Shown: positions 47,274 through 59,264 of the stretch, in pieces
Layout of the letters: each line of letters begins with the position of its first letter
Numbering within the stretch: the stretch's first letter is position 1
Origin: Escherichia coli
GTDB taxonomy: Bacteria > Pseudomonadota > Gammaproteobacteria > Enterobacterales > Enterobacteriaceae
Length of the DNA stretch: 64,000 bases
Assembly (NCBI RefSeq): GCF_050320075.1
Contig: NZ_CP190018.1
Strand: one strand, 5' to 3'
Position numbers and translations under genes: made by a program
The notes under the pieces: model-generated
What the model saw: only the letters and a program-made list of their open reading frames with translations
Told to the model about the DNA's origin: nothing
Database searches by the model: none

Positions 47274-48905
47274 TTAGTGCTTCACAATGTACATATTCCG
47301 GGTGTAGGTATTATCCAGCGGATCTTTGCCGGTATAGCCACCAACCCACGGTTTCACCAGACGCGCATTCACGTAGTAATAAACAGGAACAATGGCCGAA
47401 TCCTTATCCAGCTGTTGTTCTGCTTTAGTGTACAGAGCTGTGCGCTGCGCCTCGTCAGTCGCTTTCAGCGTTTCCGCCATAATGCTGTCAAAGGCCGGGC
47501 TCTTATAATGCGCGGTATTCATCGAGCTGTTCGACAGCATGGTGTTCAGGAAGGAAGTTGGTTCGTTGTAGTCTGCACACCAGCCTGCACGGGCCACATC
47601 AAAAGTGCCCTGGTGACGGGTGTCGAGGAACGTTTTCCACTCCTGGTTAACCAGTTTGACGTTTACACCAATGTTTTTCTTCCACAATGAAGAGGCTGCA
47701 ATCGCCAGCTTTTTATGCAGATCGGAGGTGTTATACAACAGGTTGATGGTCAACGGTTTGTCTGCGGTATAACCCGCTTCAGCCAGCAGTTTTTTTGCTT
47801 CTTCGTTACGTTTTTCCTGGCTCCAGCCAAACCATTCCGGCTGAGTCAATTTTGCGCCATCAGTATACGGTGGAGTGTAACCATAGGCGGGCATGTCGCC
47901 CTGCGCTTTCACTTTATTAACAATGATATCGCGGTCCATACCCAGTTTCAGTGCGGTACGCACACGTACATCGTTAAATGGCGGTTTCTGGTTGTTAATT
48001 TCGTAATAATAAGTGCACAGGTATGGATCAACGTGAACTTCGTCCGGGATCTCTTTTTTCAGCTTCTGGAACAATTCGATCGGCATGTTGTTATAAGTCA
48101 TGTCGATTTCACCACTACGGTAGCGATTGACATCGGTAACTTCAGAAGCAATAGGCAAATAGGTTACCTGGTTAATAACGGTTTTCGCGTTGTTCCAGTA
48201 GGTCGGGCTGCGTTCAAGAACGATTCGTTCGTTTACGACCCAATCTTTTAAGGTATAGGCACCGTTGGTGACGATATTACCAGGCTGGGTCCATTTTTCG
48301 CCGAATTTCTCGATAGCGGCTTTTGGCACCGGTGAAGTTGACGGGTGAACAAGTAATTTATAGAAGTACGGAACGGGTTCACTTAAGGTGACTTCTAATG
48401 TGTGATCATCAATAGCTTTCACGCCGAGATCGGTAATCGGTTTTTTCCCTTCAAGAATTTCATCAATACCGGCGATATGCCCATATTGCAGATAACTGGC
48501 ATACGGAGAAGCGGTGTTCGGATCAACAGAACGTTGCCAGCTATACACAAAGTCTTGGGCTGTGACTGGCGTGCCATCAGACCATTTCGCATCTTTACGC
48601 AAATGGAAGGTCCAGACTTTCGCGTCTTTATTATCCCAGGATTCAGCGACGCCAGGTGCCGGATGGCCGTCAAGATCGCTGACCAGTAAGCCTTCAAACA
48701 GGTCTCGGCTGATATTAGACTCCGGAACACCTTCAATTTTGTGCGGATCTAATGACTGAACTTCTGAACCATTGTTACGTACCAGCGTTTGTTTTTCCGC
48801 CAGTGTGACGCCTGCGGGTACATCAGCTGCCAGCGCGACATTCCCTGCCATAAGCGCAGCCAGAACGCCAGCTGCTACTAAACTTCTCTTGGTGATGTTG
48901 GTCAT
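47274..48905 (-). CDS. oppA: Periplasmic oligopeptide-binding protein OppA, 543 aa
   Basis: ORF 47274..48977 trimmed to MTNITKRSLVAAGVLAALMAGNVALA (signal peptide); SBP family 5. Confidence 0.9.
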   Translation of the reverse strand: MTNITKRSLVAAGVLAALMAGNVALAADVPAGVTLAEKQTLVRNNGSEVQSLDPHKIEGVPESNISRDLFEGLLVSDLDGHPAPGVAESWDNKDAKVWTFHLRKDAKWSDGTPVTAQDFVYSWQRSVDPNTASPYASYLQYGHIAGIDEILEGKKPITDLGVKAIDDHTLEVTLSEPVPYFYKLLVHPSTSPVPKAAIEKFGEKWTQPGNIVTNGAYTLKDWVVNERIVLERSPTYWNNAKTVINQVTYLPIASEVTDVNRYRSGEIDMTYNNMPIELFQKLKKEIPDEVHVDPYLCTYYYEINNQKPPFNDVRVRTALKLGMDRDIIVNKVKAQGDMPAYGYTPPYTDGAKLTQPEWFGWSQEKRNEEAKKLLAEAGYTADKPLTINLLYNTSDLHKKLAIAASSLWKKNIGVNVKLVNQEWKTFLDTRHQGTFDVARAGWCADYNEPTSFLNTMLSNSSMNTAHYKSPAFDSIMAETLKATDEAQRTALYTKAEQQLDKDSAIVPVYYYVNARLVKPWVGGYTGKDPLDNTYTRNMYIVKH

Positions 48906-49642
48906 TGTTTTTTGGACTCCCTCATTATAATTACTGGTATTAACCAGCATGTGTAATCCCGGATTGGGACCCTGCACAGGCTCGGAGACTTTCTGCTGTC
49001 AGGTTACTTTATCGTTACGTATTACTATCACCGACTTTATTTATTCTGGTGATTCAGACGATCACCTTATGTCGATTCGTACTGTGTCTCCCCTGTCGAG
49101 ACACATTATTCTTTCGCGACGCTCTTTAATTGTTAATTATTCTCATTACCAATAAAGAATCGTCTGGCGGTTGCCCGGAAAGTACCAAATGCGGTTCTTA
49201 CTCGCCAATACATTTTGCAAAATTGTTAAGCAATTCTCTTTTATTGACCGTATCAGAATCTATAGCTTGCATCCATGTCTTAACAAACATCTTTTAATTC
49301 AATCAAATAGAGATTGGTTAAGCATGTCTCTCTTTTCTGATTACAGTTCCAGTAGTGAAATGCACAATAATTTAACAATTGATTATTATTTAGCACTTTC
49401 CTCTACCAAAGGCAGTGGAATTACTAATATCATTTCAATTATTCTTCAGCAAGCCCAGGATTATGATGTGGCGAAAATAACATGATGGTGAGGAGAAGCA
49501 GTTAAGGAAATCCTTATAACCAACTGTAATTTGAGAAGAATATTTTCACCCATTCCTTTTGCTTTTGATAACTGCGCGGGAACAAAGTAAAAATAATGAC
49601 GAAGTAAACGGAGCATGACAGCTCCGTTTCATTTGAAAGGAA

Positions 49643-50290
49643 TTAATTAAGCAGGCCGGGGAAAATCCCCTTAATACCAGTAACGATAAATTCAATCCCC
49701 AATGCCATCAGCAATAGCCCCATAATACGCGTGATCACGTTGATGCCGGTTTGGCGTAAAACCCGTACCAGCCACGGTGCCATGCGGAACAATCCCCAGC
49801 AACATAAAGCGAACAATGCAATAGCCACAAAGAAACCAAACAGATAGCTAATGCTGTGATAACGCGTACCCCAGACGATGGTAGAACTGATCGCCCCTGG
49901 CCCCGCCATCAACGGCAACGCCAGTGGCACCACACCAATGCTTTCACGTACCGCGGTTTCTGATTTTTCTTGCTTGTTCTGTTTATCCTCGCCAAGCTTG
50001 CCGCTGATCATCGACATCGCTATCGTCACCACCAGGATGCCCCCGGCGATACGGAACGAATCAATTGATATACCAAAAAGTTGCAGAATCGTGTCGCCGA
50101 GAAAAAGCGAGATCCACAAGATAATGGCCACAGACAGGTTGGCTGTAAGGTTAGTTTTGTTTCGCGCTGCCGCTGTCTGATAACTGGTCATGCTGATAAA
50201 GACGGGAATAATCCCTACCGGGTTGACCAGCGCAAATAACCCGATGAAAAATTTGAAGTAAACGGGAAAATCAAAAAGGGTCTGAATCAC
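49643..50290 (-). CDS. ychE: MarC-family inner membrane protein YchE, 215 aa
   Basis: 215 aa, six predicted TM helices. Confidence 0.8.
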   Translation of the reverse strand: MIQTLFDFPVYFKFFIGLFALVNPVGIIPVFISMTSYQTAAARNKTNLTANLSVAIILWISLFLGDTILQLFGISIDSFRIAGGILVVTIAMSMISGKLGEDKQNKQEKSETAVRESIGVVPLALPLMAGPGAISSTIVWGTRYHSISYLFGFFVAIALFALCCWGLFRMAPWLVRVLRQTGINVITRIMGLLLMALGIEFIVTGIKGIFPGLLN

Positions 50291-50627
50291 GGTTAGCTCC
50301 GAAGCAAAAGCCGGATAATGTTAGCCATAAATAAGGTTAAAAAGACGCGCTGACAATACGCCTTTTGACAGCATTTTTCACCTCCTAACTACTTAAAATT
50401 GCTATCATTCGTTATTGTTATCTGGTTGTGCAAAACATGATAATGTAGCCAACAAATCATACTACAATTTATTAACTGTTAGCTATAATGGCGAAAAGCG
50501 ATGCTGAAAGGTGTCAGCTTTGCAAAAATTTGATTTGGATCACGTAATCAGTACCCAGAAGTGAGTAATCTTGCTTACGCCACCTGGAAGTGACGCATTA
50601 GAGATAATAACTCTAATGTTTAAACTC

Positions 50628-50740
50628 TTTTAGTAAATCACAGTGAGTGTGAGCGCGAGTAAGCTTTTGATTTTCATCGGTTAAGCAAATCATCACCGCA
50701 CTGACTATACTCTCGTATTCGAGCAGATGATTTACTAAAA
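50628..50740 (+). promoter_or_regulatory. Long-range inverted repeat in the adhE 5' leader
   Basis: tttagtaaatca (50628..50640) pairs with tgatttactaaa (50728..50740); the downstream arm ends about 14 nt before the adhE Shine-Dalgarno. Confidence 0.4.
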
Positions 50741-50766
50741 AAGTTTAACATTATCAGGAGAGCATT

Positions 50767-53442
50767 ATGGCTGTTACTAATGTCGCTGAACTTAACGCAC
50801 TCGTAGAGCGTGTAAAAAAAGCCCAGCGTGAATATGCCAGTTTCACTCAAGAGCAAGTAGACAAAATCTTCCGCGCCGCCGCTCTGGCTGCCGCAGATGC
50901 TCGAATCCCACTCGCGAAAATGGCCGTTGCCGAATCCGGCATGGGTATCGTCGAAGATAAAGTGATCAAAAACCACTTTGCTTCTGAATATATCTACAAC
51001 GCCTATAAAGATGAAAAAACCTGTGGTGTTCTGTCTGAAGACGACACTTTTGGTACCATCACTATCGCTGAACCAATCGGTATTATTTGCGGTATCGTTC
51101 CGACCACTAACCCGACTTCAACTGCTATCTTCAAATCGCTGATCAGCCTGAAGACCCGTAACGCCATTATCTTCTCCCCGCACCCACGTGCAAAAGATGC
51201 AACCAACAAAGCAGCTGATATCGTTCTGCAGGCTGCTATCGCTGCCGGTGCTCCGAAAGATCTGATCGGCTGGATCGATCAACCTTCGGTTGAACTGTCT
51301 AACGCACTGATGCACCACCCAGACATCAACCTGATCCTCGCGACTGGTGGTCCGGGCATGGTTAAAGCCGCATACAGCTCCGGTAAACCAGCTATCGGTG
51401 TAGGCGCGGGTAACACGCCTGTTGTTATCGATGAAACTGCTGATATCAAACGTGCAGTTGCATCTGTGCTGATGTCCAAAACCTTCGACAACGGCGTAAT
51501 CTGTGCTTCTGAACAGTCTGTTGTTGTTGTTGACTCTGTTTATGACGCAGTACGTGAACGTTTCGCAACCCATGGCGGCTATCTGTTGCAGGGTAAAGAG
51601 CTGAAAGCTGTTCAGGACGTTATCCTGAAAAACGGTGCGCTGAACGCGGCTATCGTTGGTCAGCCAGCCTATAAAATTGCTGAACTGGCAGGCTTCTCTG
51701 TACCAGAAAACACCAAGATTCTGATCGGTGAAGTGACCGTTGTTGATGAAAGCGAACCGTTCGCACATGAAAAACTGTCCCCGACTCTGGCAATGTACCG
51801 CGCTAAAGATTTCGAAGACGCGGTAGAAAAAGCAGAGAAACTGGTAGCTATGGGCGGTATCGGTCATACCTCTTGCCTGTACACTGACCAGGATAACCAA
51901 CCGGCTCGCGTTTCTTACTTCGGTCAGAAAATGAAAACGGCTCGTATCCTGATTAACACCCCGGCTTCTCAGGGTGGTATCGGTGACCTGTATAACTTCA
52001 AACTCGCACCTTCCCTGACTCTGGGTTGTGGTTCCTGGGGTGGTAACTCCATCTCTGAAAACGTTGGTCCGAAACACCTGATCAACAAGAAAACCGTTGC
52101 TAAGCGAGCTGAAAACATGTTGTGGCACAAACTTCCGAAATCTATCTACTTCCGCCGTGGCTCCCTGCCAATCGCGCTGGATGAAGTGATTACTGATGGC
52201 CACAAACGTGCGCTCATCGTGACTGACCGCTTCCTGTTCAACAATGGTTATGCTGATCAGATCACTTCCGTACTGAAAGCAGCAGGCGTTGAAACTGAAG
52301 TCTTCTTCGAAGTAGAAGCTGACCCGACCCTGAGCATCGTTCGTAAAGGTGCAGAACTGGCAAACTCCTTCAAACCAGACGTGATTATCGCGCTGGGTGG
52401 TGGTTCCCCGATGGACGCCGCGAAGATCATGTGGGTCATGTACGAACATCCGGAAACTCACTTCGAAGAACTGGCGCTGCGCTTTATGGATATCCGTAAA
52501 CGTATCTACAAGTTCCCGAAAATGGGCGTGAAAGCGAAAATGATCGCTGTCACCACCACTTCTGGTACAGGTTCTGAAGTCACTCCGTTTGCGGTTGTAA
52601 CTGACGACGCTACTGGTCAGAAATATCCGCTGGCAGACTATGCGCTGACCCCGGATATGGCGATTGTCGATGCCAACCTGGTTATGGACATGCCGAAGTC
52701 CCTGTGTGCTTTCGGTGGTCTGGACGCAGTAACTCACGCCATGGAAGCTTATGTTTCTGTACTGGCATCTGAGTTCTCTGATGGTCAGGCTCTGCAGGCA
52801 CTGAAACTGCTGAAAGAATATCTGCCAGCGTCCTACCACGAAGGGTCTAAAAATCCGGTAGCGCGTGAACGTGTTCACAGTGCAGCAACTATCGCGGGTA
52901 TCGCGTTTGCGAACGCCTTCCTGGGTGTATGTCACTCAATGGCGCACAAACTGGGTTCCCAGTTCCATATTCCGCACGGACTGGCAAACGCCCTGCTGAT
53001 TTGTAACGTTATTCGCTACAACGCGAACGACAACCCGACCAAGCAGACTGCATTCAGCCAGTATGACCGTCCGCAAGCTCGCCGTCGTTATGCTGAAATT
53101 GCTGACCACCTGGGTCTGAGCGCACCGGGCGACCGTACTGCTGCTAAGATCGAAAAACTGCTGGCATGGCTGGAAACGCTGAAAGCTGAACTGGGTATTC
53201 CGAAATCTATCCGTGAAGCTGGCGTTCAGGAAGCAGACTTCCTGGCGAATGTGGATAAACTGTCTGAAGATGCATTCGATGACCAGTGCACCGGCGCTAA
53301 CCCGCGTTACCCACTGATCTCCGAGCTGAAACAGATTCTGCTGGATACCTACTACGGTCGTGATTATGTAGAAGGTGAAACTGCAGCGAAAAAAGAAGCC
53401 GCTCCGGCTAAAGCTGAGAAAAAAGCGAAGAAATCCGCTTAA
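50767..53442 (+). CDS. adhE: Bifunctional acetaldehyde-CoA / alcohol dehydrogenase, 891 aa
   Basis: 891 aa; N-terminal aldehyde dehydrogenase and C-terminal Fe-ADH domains; N-terminus [20 protein letters not shown]. Confidence 0.95.
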
Positions 53443-53744
53443 TCAGTAGCGCTGTCTGGCAACATAAACGGTCCCTTCTGGGGCCGTTTTTTTGTTTTAC
53501 CCAAAGCAACTTTCCCATAAACCGACAGCATTTGCCTTCATCATATTTACGGCGATGTATAACGCCTACACACAGCGATATTGTACTTTACAGGTCACAA
53601 GTCAATGTCACTGTAAAAGCGCTCTGTGAGGGGTATAGTGGCGTTAAAGAACTGTCGAGAAGGGTATATACACCGGATGAAGTGAGTAAAACGAACTGAC
53701 AGGATAAAAGCGCCCTGCTCACCCTGTCAGTAAAGAAATTCTTA

Positions 53745-54362
53745 TTAATCGTGGCGATGCCTTTCCTGAATAGCCGTTAATGAGCCGACTTCTAACGCTT
53801 CTTTATAGTGTTTACGGCATACAGAAACGTAGCGTTCATTACCACCAATAACCACCTGCTCACCTTCGTTATAAGGTCTGCCTGCTTGATCAAGACGCAG
53901 CACCATGCTTGCTTTGCGGCCACAAAAACAGATGGTTTTTAATTCAACCAGTTTGTCGGACCATGCCAGTAAGTATTGGCTGCCAATAAATAACTCACCT
54001 CGAAAATCGGTACGTAAACCATAACAAAGTACGGGTATATCGAGTTGATCGACAACCTCCGATAATTCATATACTTGTTGTCTGGTTAAAAACTGGCATT
54101 CATCAACCAGTACGCAATGAATTGCCTGCTGTTCATGTTCCGCACGAATCTCATCAAATAATGATGAATTTTGGTTAAATAATTTTGCAGGCGATGACAA
54201 ACCTATACGCGAGCTGACTTTCCCGGCACCAAAGCGATCATCAATTTCTGCCGTATATACGACAGTGCGCATGCCGCGTTCCTGGTAATTGTATGAAGAT
54301 TGCAACAATGCTGTAGACTTACCCGCATTCATTGCGGAATAGTAGAAATATAGCTGTGCCAT
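53745..54362 (-). CDS. tdk: Thymidine kinase, 205 aa
   Basis: P-loop SAMNAGKST and C-terminal zinc-ribbon cysteines; 205 aa. Confidence 0.9.
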
Positions 54363-54965
54363 CAGCCACAGGCCCTCAATGATATGAATTAAAGTTGGCT
54401 GGAGTTTATCATAATTCGTCAGTTTTTCAGCTCAACAGTATGCACAGAAGTGGTATATGCGTTCTCCCTTACGAAGCCTTGCATAATCCTTCTGAGCTAT
54501 CATTACAACTGCCTCGCTTGTTATAAGCGGGTAAATGACTGCTGGTAACTATTCACAATCTTTAACCTGTTGCGCAAGTAATAGCCCTCTGTTGACCTCC
54601 TGGAGATAGTGCAATACTAAGTCCCTGCTCTTATTGCGACTGTTCTACTTTTCATCATTCGCTTAATAGGGAATTCTCGTAAACACGACTAATACAGAAG
54701 ACTGAAAGGTCGTCAGCCTACGATAATCTCCCCATAAAATGTGACATGAATCAGGAAGTTTTAACCTCACGTGCTGCGAAATCATCGGCGCAAATAGGGC
54801 TATATGCCGCGTCTTTTCTGGCTAATTTTATGAAAAGATATTTATTGGCGGCACAAAATAAAGAACAATTTTGAATTCCTTACATTCCTGGCTATTGCAC
54901 AACTGAATTTAAGGCTCTATTATTACCTCAACAAACCACCCCAATATAAGTTTGAGATTACTACA

Positions 54966-55379
54966 ATGAGCGAAGCACTTAAAATTCTGAACAACATCCG
55001 TACTCTTCGTGCGCAGGCAAGAGAATGTACACTTGAAACGCTGGAAGAAATGCTGGAAAAATTAGAAGTTGTTGTTAACGAACGTCGCGAAGAAGAAAGC
55101 GCGGCTGCTGCTGAAGTTGAAGAGCGCACTCGTAAACTGCAGCAATATCGCGAAATGCTGATCGCTGACGGTATTGACCCGAACGAACTGCTGAATAGCC
55201 TTGCTGCCGTTAAATCTGGCACCAAAGCTAAACGTGCTCAGCGTCCGGCAAAATATAGCTACGTTGACGAAAACGGCGAAACTAAAACCTGGACTGGCCA
55301 GGGCCGTACTCCAGCTGTAATCAAAAAAGCAATGGATGAGCAAGGTAAATCCCTCGACGATTTCCTGATCAAGCAATAA
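54966..55379 (+). CDS. hns: Nucleoid-associated protein H-NS, 137 aa
   Basis: [41 protein letters not shown]... and the DNA-binding motif TWTGQGRTP. Confidence 0.95.
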
Positions 55380-55402
55380 TCTTTTGTAGATTGCACTTGC
55401 TT

Positions 55403-55430
55403 AAAAATCCCGCCATCGGCGGGATTTTTT
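55403..55430 (+). terminator. Rho-independent terminator after hns
   Basis: aaaaatcccgccatcggcgggatttttt. Confidence 0.7.
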
Positions 55431-55523
55431 ATTGTCCGGTTTAAGACAATTTAATAAGAATAAGCTATAAAAAAACGGCGTCGATTGCTCAACGCCGTTT
55501 CGTGGATAACACCGATACGGATG

Positions 55524-56432
55524 TTACTTCTTAATGCCCATCTCTTCTTCAAGCCAGGCTTTAAATTCCGTGCCAAGGGTGTTATGACGAATACCGTATT
55601 CAACGAAGGCCTGCATGTAACCTAATTTATTACCGCAGTCATGGCTCTTCCCTTTCATATGATAGGCTTCCACCGTTTCTTTTTCGATCAGCATATCAAT
55701 TGCGTCGGTGAGCTGAATTTCATCACCAGCTCCCGGAGGGGTTTTTGCCAGCAACGGCCAAATATCCGCGCTAAGTACGTAACGACCCACAATAGCGAGA
55801 TTAGACGGCGCAACATCCGCTTTCGGTTTTTCTACCACACCAACCATCGGTACGCTTTCACCCGGCGCTAATTCAACGCCTTTGCAATCCACAACGCCAT
55901 ATGCGGTAACATCAGCAACCGGTTCAACCATGATCTGGCTATGACCCGTTTCATCAAAGCGGCGGATCATCTCTGCCAGGTTATCCTGTGACAAATCGGA
56001 TTCATATTCATCCAGAATAACGTCAGGCAAAATAACAGCCACAGGTTCATCACCCACTACCGGGTGAGCACACAATACCGCATGTCCCAGGCCTTTCGCC
56101 AGCCCCTGACGAACTTGCATAATAGTCACGTGCGGCGGACAAATAGACTGCACTTCATCAAGCAGTTGACGTTTTACACGTTTTTCCAGCATTGCTTCCA
56201 GTTCAAAACTGGTATCAAAGTGGTTTTCAATCGAGTTTTTAGATGAGTGAGTAACCAGCACAATTTCAGTAATGCCAGCCGCAATACATTCATTCACGAC
56301 GTATTGAATTAATGGCTTATCGACAAGTGGCAGCATCTCTTTCGGGATGGCTTTCGTCGCCGGCAACATCCTGGTTCCTAATCCCGCAACGGGGATAACG
56401 GCTTTTTTGACTTTCGTATTAATGGCAGCCAT
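55524..56432 (-). CDS. galU: UTP--glucose-1-phosphate uridylyltransferase, 302 aa
   Basis: [35 protein letters not shown], nucleotidyltransferase signature. Confidence 0.9.
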
Positions 56433-56633
56433 TTAAATTCTCCTGGACTGTTCGTGTTTTGAACGTGTTCATATTTCTGTATCGCATCCCAGTATATCAG
56501 CACCCCGAAGGGGCTAAGTTCTGAAAAGGAGGCGAGTTAGCATAATTAAGACAATTACTTATACGAATGGCGACGATAGTAACACCAGCCGACATTAGCA
56601 GGTAATGCAAATTTAGCCCGCGTTATCGTTTGC

Positions 56634-57647
56634 TCATTCTGCAGACAACATCAAGCGAAGCCGACCACCGGTTCCCCATATTTGGCATTGCCAGGCATCG
56701 CATCGCTGGCTCAATTGATTCAAATAAGCGTTACCTAAAGTGCCTAACGGAACACCATTACTGATTTGCACCTGGTGTTCGCCAGTATTTAATGTCGCAT
56801 TCAGACCCGCAGAAACCAGAATGAAATTTTTCAGTTCGCGATGATAATAGCCAACTAATAGCGGAAACTGCCCCGGTAGATTGGCCTGACGGAGTAAATG
56901 GTTTACCTGCTTCAATAACGCGCCCAACTCTGGCAACCGTTGATTTTGATGTGCAAGCTGTTCCTGTAATAATCCGTTAAACAATGCGCGTAATAACAAG
57001 GCAGCAAGTACGCCATTATGTCCAGCTCGGGTGACATCAAGGCAATAAAATGCCAGATCGTTTTCCGAAAGTGCGGCAATATCAAGCACCAGGCCGGGTT
57101 TGTCCGCGGCAACCAATTGACGATAATTAACCCGGCAATGGGAAATCACCTGCTGAACCGGCGGTTGCAATTCCTGTAATAATTTCGCCGCTGCGGCAGG
57201 GTTATCAACCATTGCATCCCAGTCGCGAAAAAGCCTCTCCTCTTCCTCAACGCGGGAATTAAACATGCTGGGATAGAGACAGGCAAAAACCATCTCGCGC
57301 AAGCGATTCAGATCTTTAACTGGTTTCAGCAAAACATCTTCAACGCCCAGACGTAACGCTTTGGCAATATCTGCCATATTTTCAGTGGCAGATATCACCA
57401 GAACAGGTGTCTGGTCGCCTCTGTTACGTATATGCTCCAGCAGTTTAAGCCCGTTCATTCGTGGCATCGCGATATCACATATCATCAGGTCTGGAGTGAA
57501 ACCTCCCAGCAACTCAAGGGCATCCACCCCATCAGCCGCCAGTACCGTTGTCGCTCCCAATGAGGAAAACCACGAATCCAGAAGCGAGCGAAATACCTGC
57601 TCATCTTCAACAATGAGAATCTGTTTTCCGACCAATGGCTGCGTCAT
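56634..57647 (-). CDS. rssB: Response regulator / RpoS adaptor RssB, 337 aa
   Basis: N-terminal receiver domain (ILIVEDEQ...DLMICDIAMPRMNG) with C-terminal PP2C-like domain. Confidence 0.9.
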   Translation of the reverse strand: MTQPLVGKQILIVEDEQVFRSLLDSWFSSLGATTVLAADGVDALELLGGFTPDLMICDIAMPRMNGLKLLEHIRNRGDQTPVLVISATENMADIAKALRLGVEDVLLKPVKDLNRLREMVFACLYPSMFNSRVEEEERLFRDWDAMVDNPAAAAKLLQELQPPVQQVISHCRVNYRQLVAADKPGLVLDIAALSENDLAFYCLDVTRAGHNGVLAALLLRALFNGLLQEQLAHQNQRLPELGALLKQVNHLLRQANLPGQFPLLVGYYHRELKNFILVSAGLNATLNTGEHQVQISNGVPLGTLGNAYLNQLSQRCDAWQCQIWGTGGRLRLMLSAE

Positions 57648-57738
57648 GTTCTCTCCCCTGACTGGCTTTACTCAATAGTGGCATGCTATTGCCACCTGCG
57701 CCTGTCAGAATTAACTTAAGTGTAGATAAAAATTCTGG

Positions 57739-58644
57739 TCAAATGTTGGTGCGTACCAACGGCAAAAGTTCATCCATTTTCTTTTCCACTGCCAGCTGCC
57801 CAGCCGCAATGGCAGCGTGCGCGCGATGGAAATCAAGCGTAGATATTTGCGGGCAAACAGGTTGAATCAGAATATCGGGCGGATCACCTGCCATGCGGTT
57901 CCTTTTAAGGCGGTTCTCCAGCACTTGGATAGAAGTGGTCATAATCTCTGTTGCCGTTGGCGCTGTCACCGCCCGACGTGTCGTTATGCTGCCCAACCTT
58001 TCTTTCAGACGCGCATGCCACGGCAGAGAATCACCATTCTCGCTATTTTCTTCACTAACATTAAAGGAGAGCAGATCTTGTTGCATCAAATGAGCATCGT
58101 GCTGCAGGTCGACCGCTATCACAATATCAGCACCCAATGCACGCGTGAGCGAAATAGGAATTGGGTTAACTACAGCGCCATCAACCAGCCAGTAGCCGTT
58201 ATGCGCAACGGGTGCCATTAGTCCTGGAATACTGCATGATGCACGAATAGCAAGATGGAGATCGCCTTCAGTAAACCATAATTCGCGCCCAGTACTTAAA
58301 TTGGTGGCAACAGCCGCGAAGCGACGGGAACAATTTTCGATCTCTGTTTCCGGCATTATTTCGCGATATTGATTGAAGACACGCTCGCCGCGCAGTAACC
58401 CACCGCGCTGCCAGGAGAGATCCATCAGGCGTAAAACATCCCAATAACTGAAAGAGGTCACCCAATCTTCCAGCGCAGATAGTCGATCGCATGCATAGGC
58501 AGCGCCCACCAGCGAACCAATTGAACATCCTGCAACGATATCAATTTCAATACCCACTTTTTTTAGCGCATTAATAACGCCAATATGCGACCAACCTCTC
58601 GCCGCGCCAGATCCCAGCGCCAGCCCTATTTTTATCTTTCTCAT
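57739..58644 (-). CDS. rssA: Patatin-like phospholipase RssA, 301 aa
   Basis: Patatin motifs GSGAARG and GCSIGS (GXSXG). Confidence 0.85.
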   Translation of the reverse strand: MRKIKIGLALGSGAARGWSHIGVINALKKVGIEIDIVAGCSIGSLVGAAYACDRLSALEDWVTSFSYWDVLRLMDLSWQRGGLLRGERVFNQYREIMPETEIENCSRRFAAVATNLSTGRELWFTEGDLHLAIRASCSIPGLMAPVAHNGYWLVDGAVVNPIPISLTRALGADIVIAVDLQHDAHLMQQDLLSFNVSEENSENGDSLPWHARLKERLGSITTRRAVTAPTATEIMTTSIQVLENRLKRNRMAGDPPDILIQPVCPQISTLDFHRAHAAIAAGQLAVEKKMDELLPLVRTNI

Positions 58645-58756
58645 TATTCCCGCAAGATTCCCCTGGAATGCAATCGTAGCAACATCGCTACTGCTCGGTT
58701 AACATAGTGCTACTCAGGCGGTTAATACGCCGTTATTGTTTCCAGGGAGATTATTT

Positions 58757-59215
58757 GTGTCTCAGCTTTGTCCCTGTGGTAGTGCTGTCGAGTATAGCCT
58801 ATGTTGCCACCCTTATGTGTCTGGTGAAAAGGTTGCACCTGATCCAGAACATCTCATGCGTTCGCGTTACTGCGCTTTTGTGATGAAAGACGCAGATTAT
58901 TTAATAAAGACCTGGCATCCATCTTGTGGAGCGGCGGCGTTACGTGCCGAATTGATTGCCGGATTTGCGCATACTGAATGGTTAGGATTGACCGTATTTG
59001 AACATTGTTGGCAGGACGTCGACAATATCGGATTTGTCAGTTTTGTTGCGCGATATACCGAAGGTGGCAAAACAGGTGCAATCATTGAACGTTCGCGATT
59101 TTTGAAAGAAAACGGTCAATGGTACTATATTGACGGTACACGTCCGCAGTTTGGCCGCAACGATCCCTGCCCTTGTGGTTCAGGTAAAAAATTTAAAAAG
59201 TGCTGCGGCCAATAA
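58757..59215 (+). CDS. ychJ: UPF0225 protein YchJ with N- and C-terminal SEC-C metal-binding motifs, 152 aa, GTG start
   Basis: ORF 58736..59215 trimmed to the GTG at 58757 (RBS gggaga 6 nt upstream); CPCGS...CC motif at both ends. Confidence 0.8.
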   Translation: MSQLCPCGSAVEYSLCCHPYVSGEKVAPDPEHLMRSRYCAFVMKDADYLIKTWHPSCGAAALRAELIAGFAHTEWLGLTVFEHCWQDVDNIGFVSFVARYTEGGKTGAIIERSRFLKENGQWYYIDGTRPQFGRNDPCPCGSGKKFKKCCGQ

Positions 59216-59264
59216 TGGTTGACGGTACGGTTTAGCAAACACTCTCAACAAGGTTTTTCCAGCA

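Noticed and set aside
47715-48251. 178-aa plus-strand ORF antisense to oppA, and the 140-aa ORF 47268..47690
   Set aside because: Both sit inside or against the oppA coding region and its start, with no independent support; treated as shadow ORFs.
49171-49485. 104-aa plus-strand ORF in the AT-rich ychE-oppA intergenic region
   Set aside because: The region is AT-rich (high chance of open frames), the translation is low-complexity, and it lies in the expected long oppA leader/promoter region; no RBS support.
51118-52935. 605-aa ORF on the minus strand, entirely antisense to adhE
   Set aside because: It lies inside a strongly supported 891-aa coding sequence on the opposite strand. Its translation is low-complexity with no recognisable domain. 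Long antisense ORFs are expected by chance opposite long genes with biased codon usage.
54363-54965. 603-bp tdk-hns intergenic region as a possible hidden gene or sRNA locus
   Set aside because: It contains the extended AT-rich hns promoter region expected for this autoregulated gene. I found no convincing ORF with an RBS and no terminator-flanked short transcript unit by inspection.
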